From Thermofilaceae archaeon (lineage in GTDB: Archaea; Thermoproteota; Thermoprotei; Thermofilales; Thermofilaceae): a DNA stretch of 64,000 bases. Within the stretch, counting starts at the first letter, position 1, and each line of letters opens with the position of its first letter. Both the position numbers and the translations under genes were made by a program. Under the pieces are notes generated by a model, which saw only the letters and a list, made by a program, of their open reading frames with translations, was not told where the DNA came from and did no database searches. Below are positions 1 through 9,312 of the stretch, one piece after another. The stretch covers positions 1 through 64,000 of the forward strand of contig JAVYWK010000001.1 of assembly GCA_038727095.1 (NCBI GenBank), written 5' to 3'.

Positions 1-162
1 GTGAGGAGCTTCGAGTTGAAACTGCGCCTCTTCACGATCAGGGAGTTGAAGCACCTCCTCAACGACGCCGGCTTCGATATCGCTGCGATGTTCGAGGACT
101 ACTGCTGCAGGCCCTTGACGGAGAGCAGCTCGGAGCTCGTCGTTGTGGCGAGGGCCCGCTAA
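1..162 (+). CDS. C-terminal fragment of a probable class I SAM-dependent methyltransferase (cut by window edge)
   Basis: Frame 1 is open to TAA at 160-162: ...LRLFTIRELKHLLNDAGFDIAAMFEDY...ELVVVARAR, typical of a methyltransferase C-terminus. Confidence 0.55.
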   Translation: MRSFELKLRLFTIRELKHLLNDAGFDIAAMFEDYCCRPLTESSSELVVVARAR

Positions 163-192
163 TTCTTTATACTTTAAACGAGCTCGGTTTTC

Positions 193-1203
193 GTGAAACC
201 TCGAGTTTTCGTCACTAGGCAGATCCCCGAAGAGAGGTTACGAATCATTAGGGAGTACTACGAGGTGGAGGTCTGGGACCGCTACACGCCTCCCCCTCGC
301 GAGGTGCTGCTCGAGAAGGCTAGGGATGTTGACGCGCTGGTCACCCTTTTGACGGATAGGATCGATAGGGAGCTTCTAGACAATGCTCCGCGCCTCAGGA
401 TAATAGCCCAGTACGCTGTCGGCTACGACAACATCGACGTGGAGTACGCAACGCGAAAGGGTGTTTACGTCACCAACACGCCCGGAGTTCTTACGGACGC
501 GACAGCCGACTTGGCGTGGGCTCTGCTGCTCGCTGCAGCGAGGAGGATCGTGGAGGCGGACAGGTTCGTGCGGAGCGGTGAGTACTGGCGCACCGGCACC
601 GGCTGGCACCCTCTGATGATGCTCGGCTACCACGTCACAGGCAAGACTCTCGGGATCATCGGGATGGGGAGGATCGGGCAGGCTGTAGCGCGCAGGGCGA
701 AGGGCTTCGATATGCGCATACTCTACTACCAGCGCCACCGCCTGCCGGGGGAGCTGGAGAGGGAGCTGGGGGCCCAGTACGTCGACCTCGAGACTCTGCT
801 CCGTGAGAGCGACTTCGTAACGATACACGTTCCGCTGACGAAGGAGACGTACCACATGATCGGTGAGCGCGAGCTCAAAATAATGAAGCGGGCGGCAATC
901 CTAGTGAACACCGCGCGAGGAGCGGTTATAGACGAGCAGGCGCTCGTTAAAGCCCTGAAGGAGGGCTGGATAGCAGCAGCCGGCCTCGACGTTTTCGAGC
1001 TGGAGCCTCTGCCACCAGATCACCCGCTGACGAAGCTGGAGAACGTCGTGCTCGCCCCACACATCGGTAGCGCGACCTACGAGACGAGGGCAGCGATGGC
1101 GGAGCTCGTAGCACGAAACCTCGTCGCGTTTTACAAAGGTGAAGTACCACCAAACCTAGTGAACAGGGAGGTCGTAGGGGTCAGGCCGCCCGGTTTCAGT
1201 TAA
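193..1203 (+). CDS. gyaR: Glyoxylate reductase (D-2-hydroxyacid dehydrogenase)
   Basis: [17 protein letters not shown] Rossmann motif, [24 protein letters not shown]. Confidence 0.9.
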   Translation: MKPRVFVTRQIPEERLRIIREYYEVEVWDRYTPPPREVLLEKARDVDALVTLLTDRIDRELLDNAPRLRIIAQYAVGYDNIDVEYATRKGVYVTNTPGVLTDATADLAWALLLAAARRIVEADRFVRSGEYWRTGTGWHPLMMLGYHVTGKTLGIIGMGRIGQAVARRAKGFDMRILYYQRHRLPGELERELGAQYVDLETLLRESDFVTIHVPLTKETYHMIGERELKIMKRAAILVNTARGAVIDEQALVKALKEGWIAAAGLDVFELEPLPPDHPLTKLENVVLAPHIGSATYETRAAMAELVARNLVAFYKGEVPPNLVNREVVGVRPPGFS

Positions 1204-1229
1204 ACTGCAGTCCGCCGAGGAACCCCTGT

Positions 1230-2915
1230 TTAGCGCAGGGTCACTATTTCGAGGAACTCCTCAGCGCTTACGGGCGCCGCGGTTAGGCCCAACTGCTTCG
1301 CTAACCTCATCGCCTGCGGCTTAGTGAGCCGCCCCTCGTCTGCGGCCGGCGAGAGGAGTACGCTACGCGGGTGGCCGTCGGCGATTACTCTTCCATCCTT
1401 CACTACTACCAGCCGGTCGGCGTACTTGGAGGCTAGAGCTATGGAATGCGTGATGGTTACAACGGCCCTACCCTCCCTCGTCAGCGCCTTCAGGTTGGAG
1501 AAGAGGCTTTCGTTGAACCTCATGTCCTGACCCGTTGTTGGCTCGTCAACGATCAGAACCTTCGGGTCGAGAACGTAGGCTGAGGCTAGCGCCAACCTCC
1601 GCTTCTCACCCTTGCTGAGGAAGAAGGGGTGCTCATTCTCAAGCCCCTTCAACCCGAAGACCTCCAACGCGCGCCTAACACGCTCCCTCACCACTCTTTC
1701 AGAGAGCCCGCGGATCCTTAAGCCGAAGGAGATCTCCTCGTACACGCTCTTGTTGAATATCTGATGGTCGGGGTTCTGGTAGACGTAGCAGACGAGCGAG
1801 GACAGCGTCAACCTATCGTACTCCTCAACCCTCCTACCCAGCACCAGCACTTCGCCCCTTGAGGGCCGGAGAAGCCCGCTCACTACCTTGGCCAGCGTGG
1901 TTTTACCGCCGCCGTTTGGTCCCACGAGAGCGACCAGCTCGCCCCCTCTGATCGTGAGGGACGCTCCCTTGAGCGCCCTGAAGCCGCCGGGGTACACGTA
2001 CTCCACGTCGCGGCACTCAACGAGAACCTCTCCCTCCCCCACTCTCTCGACCTTTGGGATCCTGTCGGCGTGCACGAACAGCCTATCTCTCACGCTCTCC
2101 AGAGCTCGAACCAGATCACCGTACCTACAGATCGTGTCAAGGCCGAGCTTGAACGAGATTGCAGCTGCGTCGGGCGGGTAGACGCCGTGGCTCTTGAGCT
2201 CGTCATAGCGCGAGAACACGCGGCGAGGTTCGCCCACGGCAGCAACCCTACCCTCGCTGAGGACGGCGACTCTATCGGCAAGCTCCGCCACGAACTCAGA
2301 CTCGTGCTCGATCAGGATGATGGTCATGTCCAGCTCGTCTCGCAGCTTCCTGATGGCCGTCAGCACCTCCTCCTTACCCACGGGATCCAGGTCGGAGGTC
2401 GGCTCGTCGAGTATCAGCAACTCCGGCCTCCGGGCGACGGCCGCCGCTATGGCTACACGCTGCTTCTCGCCGCCCGATAGCTGCAGCGGGGATCTGCCTA
2501 GGAAGCCCTTGTCGAGGCCAACCAGCTCGAGGCCCCACTTGAGCCTCTCCCTTATCTCCTCGCGGCTTAGCCCGAGCGGCTCAAGCGATAGAACGAGCTC
2601 GTCTTCGACGGTGCTCATCACGAACTGTATCTCCGGGTCCTCGAACACTACAGCCACCCGCTTCGTGATCTCGGAGACATCCTGGCTCACCGTGCTCATG
2701 CCCAAGACTTCAACTCGACCGCGGAACTCGCCCGGTACCCTCTGAGGTATGATGCCGGTAAGGGCGAGGATCAGCGTCGTCTTGCCGGCGCCGGAGTGCC
2801 CCATGATGGCGAAGAACTCGCCGCGCTCAACCTCGAGATCGACCCTCCTCAGCGCGTGATCGCTCCGGCCGACGTACTTCCACCAGAGGCCTTCAACAGA
2901 AACCGCTCTGCTCAT
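1230..2915 (-). CDS. ECF transporter ATPase with two fused ABC domains
   Basis: Two Walker A motifs (GHSGAGKT, GPNGGGKT), LSGGEKQR/LSKGEKRR signatures, DEPT; start placed at MSRAV. Confidence 0.9.
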   Translation of the reverse strand: MSRAVSVEGLWWKYVGRSDHALRRVDLEVERGEFFAIMGHSGAGKTTLILALTGIIPQRVPGEFRGRVEVLGMSTVSQDVSEITKRVAVVFEDPEIQFVMSTVEDELVLSLEPLGLSREEIRERLKWGLELVGLDKGFLGRSPLQLSGGEKQRVAIAAAVARRPELLILDEPTSDLDPVGKEEVLTAIRKLRDELDMTIILIEHESEFVAELADRVAVLSEGRVAAVGEPRRVFSRYDELKSHGVYPPDAAAISFKLGLDTICRYGDLVRALESVRDRLFVHADRIPKVERVGEGEVLVECRDVEYVYPGGFRALKGASLTIRGGELVALVGPNGGGKTTLAKVVSGLLRPSRGEVLVLGRRVEEYDRLTLSSLVCYVYQNPDHQIFNKSVYEEISFGLRIRGLSERVVRERVRRALEVFGLKGLENEHPFFLSKGEKRRLALASAYVLDPKVLIVDEPTTGQDMRFNESLFSNLKALTREGRAVVTITHSIALASKYADRLVVVKDGRVIADGHPRSVLLSPAADEGRLTKPQAMRLAKQLGLTAAPVSAEEFLEIVTLR

Positions 2916-3739
2916 GGGATCCTCCCCCACAGGACGTAGACGATTATTAAGGTCACTGACACGGCGATAACGGCGTAGTCGTCGCGCCTCATCCTGAACG
3001 TGTAGTAGCCCGAGGCGGCTCTACTGCCCGGAGCGATCCCCCTAGACTCGAGGGCGAGGGATACCTCGTAACTCCTCGTGATCATGAGGCTGAGCAGGGG
3101 GATGAGCGCGTTCACGTAGAGCAGGAACCTTTTAGCCAGCGAGGTTCTCTCGAAGTCAACGCCCCTAGCCATCATTGCTTCCCTGATGGTGTAGAAGTCG
3201 GAGGCGAAGAGCTGTAACCCTCTAAAGAAGAGGGATGTAGCCACGCAGGCTCCGAATGGAACCTTGAGGGAGAGAAGGCCCCACACGAAGTCTCTGTCTG
3301 TGACTGTAGCCATCAGGAGTGTCGCGGAGAGTATCATGGCGAAAATCCGCAGTATGAAGGTGAGCGCATATGTTAACCCCGTGTCTGTCAGGGACAGCTT
3401 CCACTCAAAAACTCCTTTCTCAGCTTGCATGCTTAACAGCGTAACCTCGAAGAGTGTTTTACCCGGGATGTGTGTAAACAGTGAAAATGCCAGGACGATG
3501 AAGGAGCTCATGCTGACGATAACTGCTAGGTACCTCTTTATCGCGCTCAGTGGTACACCGGCTGCAACGCAGGCGCCCGCAGACGCAGCAGCAAGGAGGA
3601 GAGCCTTGATGGGGTCGGTTGCGAAGAAGATCGCCACCGCGAATGAGAGCGGGAGAAAAATTTTCGTTGAAACATGCAGGCTCAAGTACCTCGACGACTT
3701 TGATTCGACTCCGGCTAGTTCACCGAGTATAGTAGGCAT
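2912..3739 (-). CDS. ECF transporter transmembrane T component (EcfT/CbiQ)
   Basis: Hydrophobic helices with conserved xRG motifs (MMARG, LESRG); coupled to the ECF ATPase. Confidence 0.88.
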   Translation of the reverse strand: MPTILGELAGVESKSSRYLSLHVSTKIFLPLSFAVAIFFATDPIKALLLAAASAGACVAAGVPLSAIKRYLAVIVSMSSFIVLAFSLFTHIPGKTLFEVTLLSMQAEKGVFEWKLSLTDTGLTYALTFILRIFAMILSATLLMATVTDRDFVWGLLSLKVPFGACVATSLFFRGLQLFASDFYTIREAMMARGVDFERTSLAKRFLLYVNALIPLLSLMITRSYEVSLALESRGIAPGSRAASGYYTFRMRRDDYAVIAVSVTLIIVYVLWGRIP

Positions 3740-3742
3740 CCG

Positions 3743-4552
3743 TTAGGCCCACCATCCCCTTACGAAGAGCCCTGTCCTCTTGAAGATCGGCGTCAAGGCG
3801 ACGAGGAGGGCCGTGGAGATGACGGAGAGCACGATGAGGTCGCCCGCAACCCAGCCGACGAAAACTGGCCAGAACAGCTCAGCGGGGAGCGGGGGCGGCA
3901 GGTTCCATAGAGTCAACGTGCCGGCGCCCCAAATCCCGCTGCCGAACGCGGCGGCGATAACGCTCAGGATCGTTGCGAGCCACGTCCTGGCGTGACCGGC
4001 GATAAGCCCCATCGCGATCCCGACGCACGCTAACGCTAGGCCCAGGTACACCATCACGACGTAGATCGTGGTGAAAGGTTCGCCGTAAGTTGCACCCCAA
4101 AGCAACTGGACCACAATTCCGAGGAACAGAATCGTCGTGCCTGCAGCGATGAACCAAGGCAGTAGCTTCGCCGCGCCAGGGCGCTTAGGTGTAAAGTCGG
4201 GGTCGGGGCTCAAAGCTCTGAAGACTAGGAGCGGTAGAAGCGCCTCGATAAAGTCGGCCCACGACTAGATGAAGGATTGAATAAACGTGTAGCCGCTAGG
4301 GTACAGGCCCAGGAAGAGGCAGCTTATGTATCCGGCTAGGCACCCCCAAAGGCCCATCCAGATCCCGAGTGGTACGTAAATGGCTGCCGCCAAGTAGAGT
4401 GCTGACACCCCCGGAGCTCCTAAGACGGGGAAAATGAGGCTTGAGACCACCGCGAGCACGTACGAGATTGCTGTGGCAAAGGCGAATAGCACGATGTGCA
4501 TCCACGTGATCCTTTTCCTCACCGCCTTAACCTGAGTTTCGGGTCCTGCCAT
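3743..4552 (-). pseudogene. ECF substrate-binding (S) membrane component interrupted by one in-frame TAG at 4265-4267
   Basis: ORFs 4265..4552 and 3743..4213 are in the same frame and the 17 codons between them are open (FIQSFI*SWADFIEALLPLLVFRAL-SPDPDF). Confidence 0.75.
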
Positions 4553-4562
4553 CGATAAGATT

Positions 4563-4624
4563 CATGATAATTCTTTTTAGATCTTTCGTTTGAACAATGG
4601 GTATTTTAACTAGTGGTTATCATG
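4563..4624. promoter_or_regulatory. Divergent promoter region with inverted 8-mers CATGATAA (4563-4570) / TTATCATG (4617-4624)
   Basis: AT-rich spacer between the ECF operon and the HTH-PRTase gene; one copy sits just upstream of each start codon. Confidence 0.45.
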
Positions 4625-4632
4625 CTCTTGTG

Positions 4633-5391
4633 ATGAGAACGGGTAGTGCCGAGAGAAAGTTAGAGCACGTGAAGGTTCAGCTGCTAGCTGCAGAAGCGCT
4701 CAGGAGTCTGCGTAGCTTTATGAGCGGGAAAGAGGTGCTTGAGCTACTCGAGCGCGGGGGTGTGAGAATCTCCCCGGTGGACTTAAGCAGGTACGTCACG
4801 GGCACCGTCCTGCCAAACCCCTCCCGCTCCCTGGAGATCCTGCGCTTGCTCGCTGAAAGTAACGCACTGGGTATCGTCCTGCGCCGCGCCCTATTCATAG
4901 ACGAGAGGGGGGTCGTGAACGTTTCCAGAATCGCGTACGACAGCTCCATCCTCGGCCTTGCGGCCGCGCGAGCCTACATCGAGTTGAAAGACCTCGGTGT
5001 AACGAAGGTGCTCACAGCTGCCGTAAACGGCGTGCCCCTGGCTACGCGCGTCTCCCACGCCCTTGACGTGGATCTTTGCGTGGCTAGGCACGAGCCCGAT
5101 GTGAGCACCGACAGCTACCTCGAGGTGAGGTACTTCGCACCTGAACCGCCGCGGTACGCGCACCTCTACTTACCGGCCTTTACGCTGAACGAGAGGGATA
5201 GAGTAGCGATCGTCGACGACCTGCTGCGCTCCGGCCGAACTCTGCGAGCTTTAACGCGGCTCGTGGAGCTGAGAAAAGCGAGCGTTAACGCTGTCTTCTC
5301 CCTCGTGGCGATCGGAGTTGAGTGGCGGGACTCCCTCCCAAACACAGTTAAGAAAGTAATCACGGCGCTAGATATCCAAGACACGGTCTGA
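4633..5391 (+). CDS. HTH-phosphoribosyltransferase fusion (PurR/APRT-like regulator)
   Basis: N-terminal HTH (DLSRYVTGTVLP) plus PRPP-binding motif VAIVDDLLRSGRT. Confidence 0.8.
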   Translation: MRTGSAERKLEHVKVQLLAAEALRSLRSFMSGKEVLELLERGGVRISPVDLSRYVTGTVLPNPSRSLEILRLLAESNALGIVLRRALFIDERGVVNVSRIAYDSSILGLAAARAYIELKDLGVTKVLTAAVNGVPLATRVSHALDVDLCVARHEPDVSTDSYLEVRYFAPEPPRYAHLYLPAFTLNERDRVAIVDDLLRSGRTLRALTRLVELRKASVNAVFSLVAIGVEWRDSLPNTVKKVITALDIQDTV

Positions 5392-5602
5392 AGATTCTTC
5401 GGAGTAGAGGCTCGCTAAACTCCTCATTGAGATTCGCTCTGCGCGACTACCTCAGACATAGTGATTTTCAACCAACGGCCCTCTGCTCTCGGGACGCATA
5501 AAGAATCGGGCGATAAGAGTTCAATGCCACAAGTGCATGCGATAGAGGCGGGAATGCTCTGTACAGTCGGATCAGAGTAGCAGTTGGAGCTGAGGAAAGC
5601 TT

Positions 5603-6208
5603 ATGAGAGTCGAGGATGCTGTTCCTACCGTGAGGTACGCGATAATAGTTGTTGACATGCTGGAGGAGTTCGTTAGAGGCCGCCTACGCGCTGAGGCTGC
5701 TGAAGCTATCGTGCCTAACGTCGCGAAGCTCCTCCGCTTCGCCCGCAGCTACCGAATCCCCGTTGTTTACGCCGTGGACAGCCACTACCCCAATGTTGAC
5801 GCTGAGCTTAGGCTCTGGGGCCCGCACGCGATAAGGGGGAGCCCTGAAGCGAGGGTTGTTGAGGAGCTGAAGCCGGAGGCGGGCGACTACGTCGTATACA
5901 AGAGGCGTTACGACGCTTTCTTCGAGACCGATATGGACTTGCTACTGCGGGAGCTGGAGGTTGATACCGTTATACTGACGGGGATCCACACGCACATATG
6001 CGTCCAACAGACAGCTGTAGGAGCCTTCTTCAGGGGCTACAAAATCATCGTTCCGACGGACTGCGTAGCTGCGGCCACTAAGGATTGGCACGAGAGAGGC
6101 CTCGAGTACATGAGAGCGTTCCTCGGTGCCGAGCTAACTACCTCAGATGTGCTGATCGAAAGGCTGAAGAAGGAGCTCGCTCAACCGCCGTCAAGCCAGT
6201 ACATGTGA
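5603..6208 (+). CDS. Isochorismatase/nicotinamidase family cysteine hydrolase
   Basis: IIVVDM, KRRYDAFFETD, TGIHTHICV (D-K-C triad). Confidence 0.88.
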   Translation: MRVEDAVPTVRYAIIVVDMLEEFVRGRLRAEAAEAIVPNVAKLLRFARSYRIPVVYAVDSHYPNVDAELRLWGPHAIRGSPEARVVEELKPEAGDYVVYKRRYDAFFETDMDLLLRELEVDTVILTGIHTHICVQQTAVGAFFRGYKIIVPTDCVAAATKDWHERGLEYMRAFLGAELTTSDVLIERLKKELAQPPSSQYM

Positions 6209-6307
6209 CACGCAGCACCTCTGCCGCTGCACGCTGTACGGCTTCGAAGGTAGTGAATGTAGCTTTCGCTCTCGCGCGGCAGCCAAAGGTTCGATCAAGG
6301 CTGCAGG

Positions 6308-7147
6308 CTAACCCCACACTCGCCGGTAGTCTTCGAGGAGCTTGCGTTTGACCACGTGCGTGTAAACTTGCGTGGTGCGGAGGCTGGCGTGGCCGAGCAG
6401 CTCCTGTATCTCCCTCACATCCATCCCCTTTGACAGGGAGAGCGTCGCGAAGCTGTGCCTGAGCACGTGGGGTGTCACCTTCTTCTTGATTCCGGCCCTC
6501 CGGGCGAGCTTCCTGACGATCCTCTCGACCGTCACGTAGTGGATGTGCCCCCCTTTCCTCCCGGGGAAGAGGTAGTGGTCCACGTTTGCGCTCCGCAGGT
6601 ACTGCTCTAGGAGCTCGCGCGTACGGCTGTCGAAGAAGACTACGCGCTCCTTACCCCCCTTCCCCCTCACCCTGATGCCCCCCTCCTCCAGATCCACGTC
6701 TTGAGCCTCTATGCTCGCCAGTTCGCTCACCCTCATGCCCGTGCAGAACAGGAGGGAGATGATTAGCTTGTCCCGCAGGTTGTCGGCCGAGTCTATCATC
6801 GCTTGAACCTCTTCCTGGGTCAAGTACCGCGGCAGCTCGTTCGGCCTTCTGGGGAGCTCGAAGCCCTGGAGGTTCCCCTTCAAGCCTAGGTACTCCATGA
6901 ACCTCTTCACCGCTACGGCTGCCGTGTAGATGCTCCTCTCCTTGTAGCCGGAGGCCCTTAGTCTAGCCAGGAAGGCGTCCACATCCCATGTTGTGGCTTC
7001 GCTGACGTGCTTCGGACCGAGGAACTGGATGAAGCTATCTAGTATGCTCCTAAACGTCCTGATCGTTCTGGGCGAGCGGTTTCTCGCTGCCAAGTGGGCA
7101 AGGTAGACTTCGACCAGCTCCCTATTCGCTAGCTCCCTAACGTTCAT
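6308..7147 (-). CDS. xerA: XerA tyrosine recombinase
   Basis: TGMRVSEL, GKGGKER, TPHVLRHSFAT, LLGHASLRTTQVY; 279 aa. Confidence 0.88.
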   Translation of the reverse strand: MNVRELANRELVEVYLAHLAARNRSPRTIRTFRSILDSFIQFLGPKHVSEATTWDVDAFLARLRASGYKERSIYTAAVAVKRFMEYLGLKGNLQGFELPRRPNELPRYLTQEEVQAMIDSADNLRDKLIISLLFCTGMRVSELASIEAQDVDLEEGGIRVRGKGGKERVVFFDSRTRELLEQYLRSANVDHYLFPGRKGGHIHYVTVERIVRKLARRAGIKKKVTPHVLRHSFATLSLSKGMDVREIQELLGHASLRTTQVYTHVVKRKLLEDYRRVWG

Positions 7148-7643
7148 AGGGAGTATCCGCGTCAGTGAAGGAGCTTTCGCTTTGAGCGTACTTCCTAAGC
7201 TGCCTGTTCACGTAGATCGGAGCGCCCGTGCGGACGGCGATAGCCACCGAATCGCTCGGCCTAGCGTCGATGTAGTAGCGCCTCACCCTGCTGTTCTCCT
7301 CGTGAAGGAGCACGATCGTGGCGGTGTAGACGTTGTTTATGAGGGCGTCAATCGTAATCCTCTCCACTCTAACGCCGAGAGCCCCCAGGATCGAAACGAT
7401 TAGGTCGTGAGTCATGGGGCGCTGCGTTGGAACCCCGTAGAAGGCCCTGGCGATCGATTCGGCCTCCGACCTGCCGATGTATATGGGGAGTATCTGCTTC
7501 TCCCAATCCTCCCCCTTCAGCAGCATCACAGCACCTTGAGAGTACTCAGCTCCCCCCGACCTGACGACCACGCCGTAAACGCCCACGAGCTCGGCCCTAG
7601 TGTACTCCTCGCCCTCCCTATCATTCTCAACCTTCTCGCCCAT
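7137..7643 (-). CDS. Bifunctional nuclease family protein (DUF151)
   Basis: LPIYIG..EA, RPMTHDL, IDARPSDSVAIA. Confidence 0.9.
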   Translation of the reverse strand: MGEKVENDREGEEYTRAELVGVYGVVVRSGGAEYSQGAVMLLKGEDWEKQILPIYIGRSEAESIARAFYGVPTQRPMTHDLIVSILGALGVRVERITIDALINNVYTATIVLLHEENSRVRRYYIDARPSDSVAIAVRTGAPIYVNRQLRKYAQSESSFTDADTPYER

Positions 7644-7724
7644 GCTCCCCGATAACTAGCCTCATACCGTCTAATAAGCGTTCGTCTGCGACCCACCCTG
7701 CTCGCGGAGTACCGCGTAAGCTAC

Positions 7725-8372
7725 CTAGCGGGCCCACCACGCCTCGTTGTTGAAGATCACGTTTTCGAACCTTACAGCTATCAGCGGCCCTTTAAAGCGG
7801 GCGAGAGCCTTTACCCTCCTCGTAACCTCGTTGAGGAGGAGGATTGGGTTGCGCTCCAGGGCCTTGATCACCTCGTCAGCTCCGTTCGACCGCGATACCA
7901 TCATGAAGAGTATGTTCTTGACGATCGTCTCGGAGAGAGTGTCCGTGAAGCAGACTTCGCCGCTTTTCACCAGGGAGCCAAGCGCGAACCTCTTAGCCTC
8001 CTCAAACAGCGGCAGGTTGAAGAAGGGGCGCGTGCCCTGCTCGATCTTCTGCATCAGCTTCTCATCGAAGTCCTTATCATCCGCAAGCTTCACGCGCTGC
8101 CTCCACTTCATCGCCCATATGGGGAACCACTCATCGACCAGCGACACGTAGACGATCGGCCTCTCCTCCATCAAGTACTCCACGTACCTCATAGCGGCCT
8201 CATCGGGGGAGTCGTCGTACAGGAAGTCCTTCTCAACCTTAACGTAGTTGAGAAAATCTCTGCTGCAGACAGACGTCATGAACGATTCTTCAGGATCACT
8301 CATTTTACCGAACTCCTGAGCTATCTTCTTCGCAAAAGTAGCCTTGAACGCCGCAAGGCTGCGATTGTACAT
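7725..8372 (-). CDS. Hypothetical protein
   Basis: 215-aa ORF with coding-like composition; no recognised motif. Confidence 0.7.
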   Translation of the reverse strand: MYNRSLAAFKATFAKKIAQEFGKMSDPEESFMTSVCSRDFLNYVKVEKDFLYDDSPDEAAMRYVEYLMEERPIVYVSLVDEWFPIWAMKWRQRVKLADDKDFDEKLMQKIEQGTRPFFNLPLFEEAKRFALGSLVKSGEVCFTDTLSETIVKNILFMMVSRSNGADEVIKALERNPILLLNEVTRRVKALARFKGPLIAVRFENVIFNNEAWWAR

Positions 8373-8432
8373 TAGCTGATACCCTCCGCTCCAATAATGC
8401 GCCTTCTATTAACTTTTATGCCTGCCCAGCCT

Positions 8433-9311
8433 TCAGCTTTCAAAAAACCTCACTGTCCTAACCTCCCGCCGTAAACCCTTGTACAAAGAGAAGATGCCGA
8501 CGAAGGTGAGGCCGGCCGCGCAAGTTAAGGTAAAGAGGGGAGCATTCAATAGCAGCGGCAGCAGCGCGGCAGCCAGCGCGAGCGAGAGCGCCCCGCTGGC
8601 GAGGGCAGCGGCTCTAAACTTCAGCTCGATCGGCACCTCCGCGTACAGGATGCGCGCGTCGCTTGCGTCCGCCATAAAGCGGTAGCTGCGGCCGCGGTAC
8701 TCGTACACGCAGTCGTACACGGGCACGTGGACTAAGTAGCGATCAGTGACAACTACGTCGAGCTCGCCACGGCTGAAGCTGCCGCCGAACTTCCTCCTAA
8801 GCCTCTCCGCTATCGACTGCCAACCGACCGACTTTGCCATCCCCTCGGCCTCTGCAGGGCTTACGCTCGGGTTTACGAGCCTGCCGTTCCACTGGACCAC
8901 ATGCCTGTGGCTGTAGTAGATTTTCCCCGTGAGGCTCAACCGTAGTCGCTCGAGCGGCGTTCTCAGCATGGACCTGTGGGCTGGTATCGAGACCTCAACG
9001 CTCTCCTCCTCGACTTCGCCACCGATCTCGGTTCTCCCGATAACCTGGACCACCCAGTACGGGTAGAAGACCAGCCTGTAGTCCCTGAGTCTAGTCGCAC
9101 CGCTGAAATCGTTCGGGGTCTCCGGCATCCGAAGGGCCCACGATCGGAAGACATCTAGAACCTGCTGCACAGCGTAGTTCACAGACCCCATCAAGTGCTC
9201 GCCAACCTCTCCGCCACCCACGGCGAAAGCCGTCCCGCAGTAGGGGCAGGTGAGCACCACCTCCCCCGGCTGCTGCTCAACGCTGCCGCCGCAGTACGGG
9301 CAGACCGGCAT
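8433..9311 (-). CDS. Zinc-ribbon membrane protein
   Basis: CPYCG...CPYCG N-terminus, FYPYW and VHVPVY motifs, two C-terminal TM helices. Confidence 0.75.
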   Translation of the reverse strand: MPVCPYCGGSVEQQPGEVVLTCPYCGTAFAVGGGEVGEHLMGSVNYAVQQVLDVFRSWALRMPETPNDFSGATRLRDYRLVFYPYWVVQVIGRTEIGGEVEEESVEVSIPAHRSMLRTPLERLRLSLTGKIYYSHRHVVQWNGRLVNPSVSPAEAEGMAKSVGWQSIAERLRRKFGGSFSRGELDVVVTDRYLVHVPVYDCVYEYRGRSYRFMADASDARILYAEVPIELKFRAAALASGALSLALAAALLPLLLNAPLFTLTCAAGLTFVGIFSLYKGLRREVRTVRFFES

Positions 9312-9312
9312 C

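Noticed and set aside
4265-4267. Pyrrolysine recoding
   Set aside because: No pyl genes are in view, TAG ends many ordinary genes here, and a one-base change from Trp is simpler
6308-7147. Integrase of a provirus or integrated element
   Set aside because: Length and motifs fit housekeeping XerA; no att repeats, adjacent tRNA or viral genes; no convincing dif site seen
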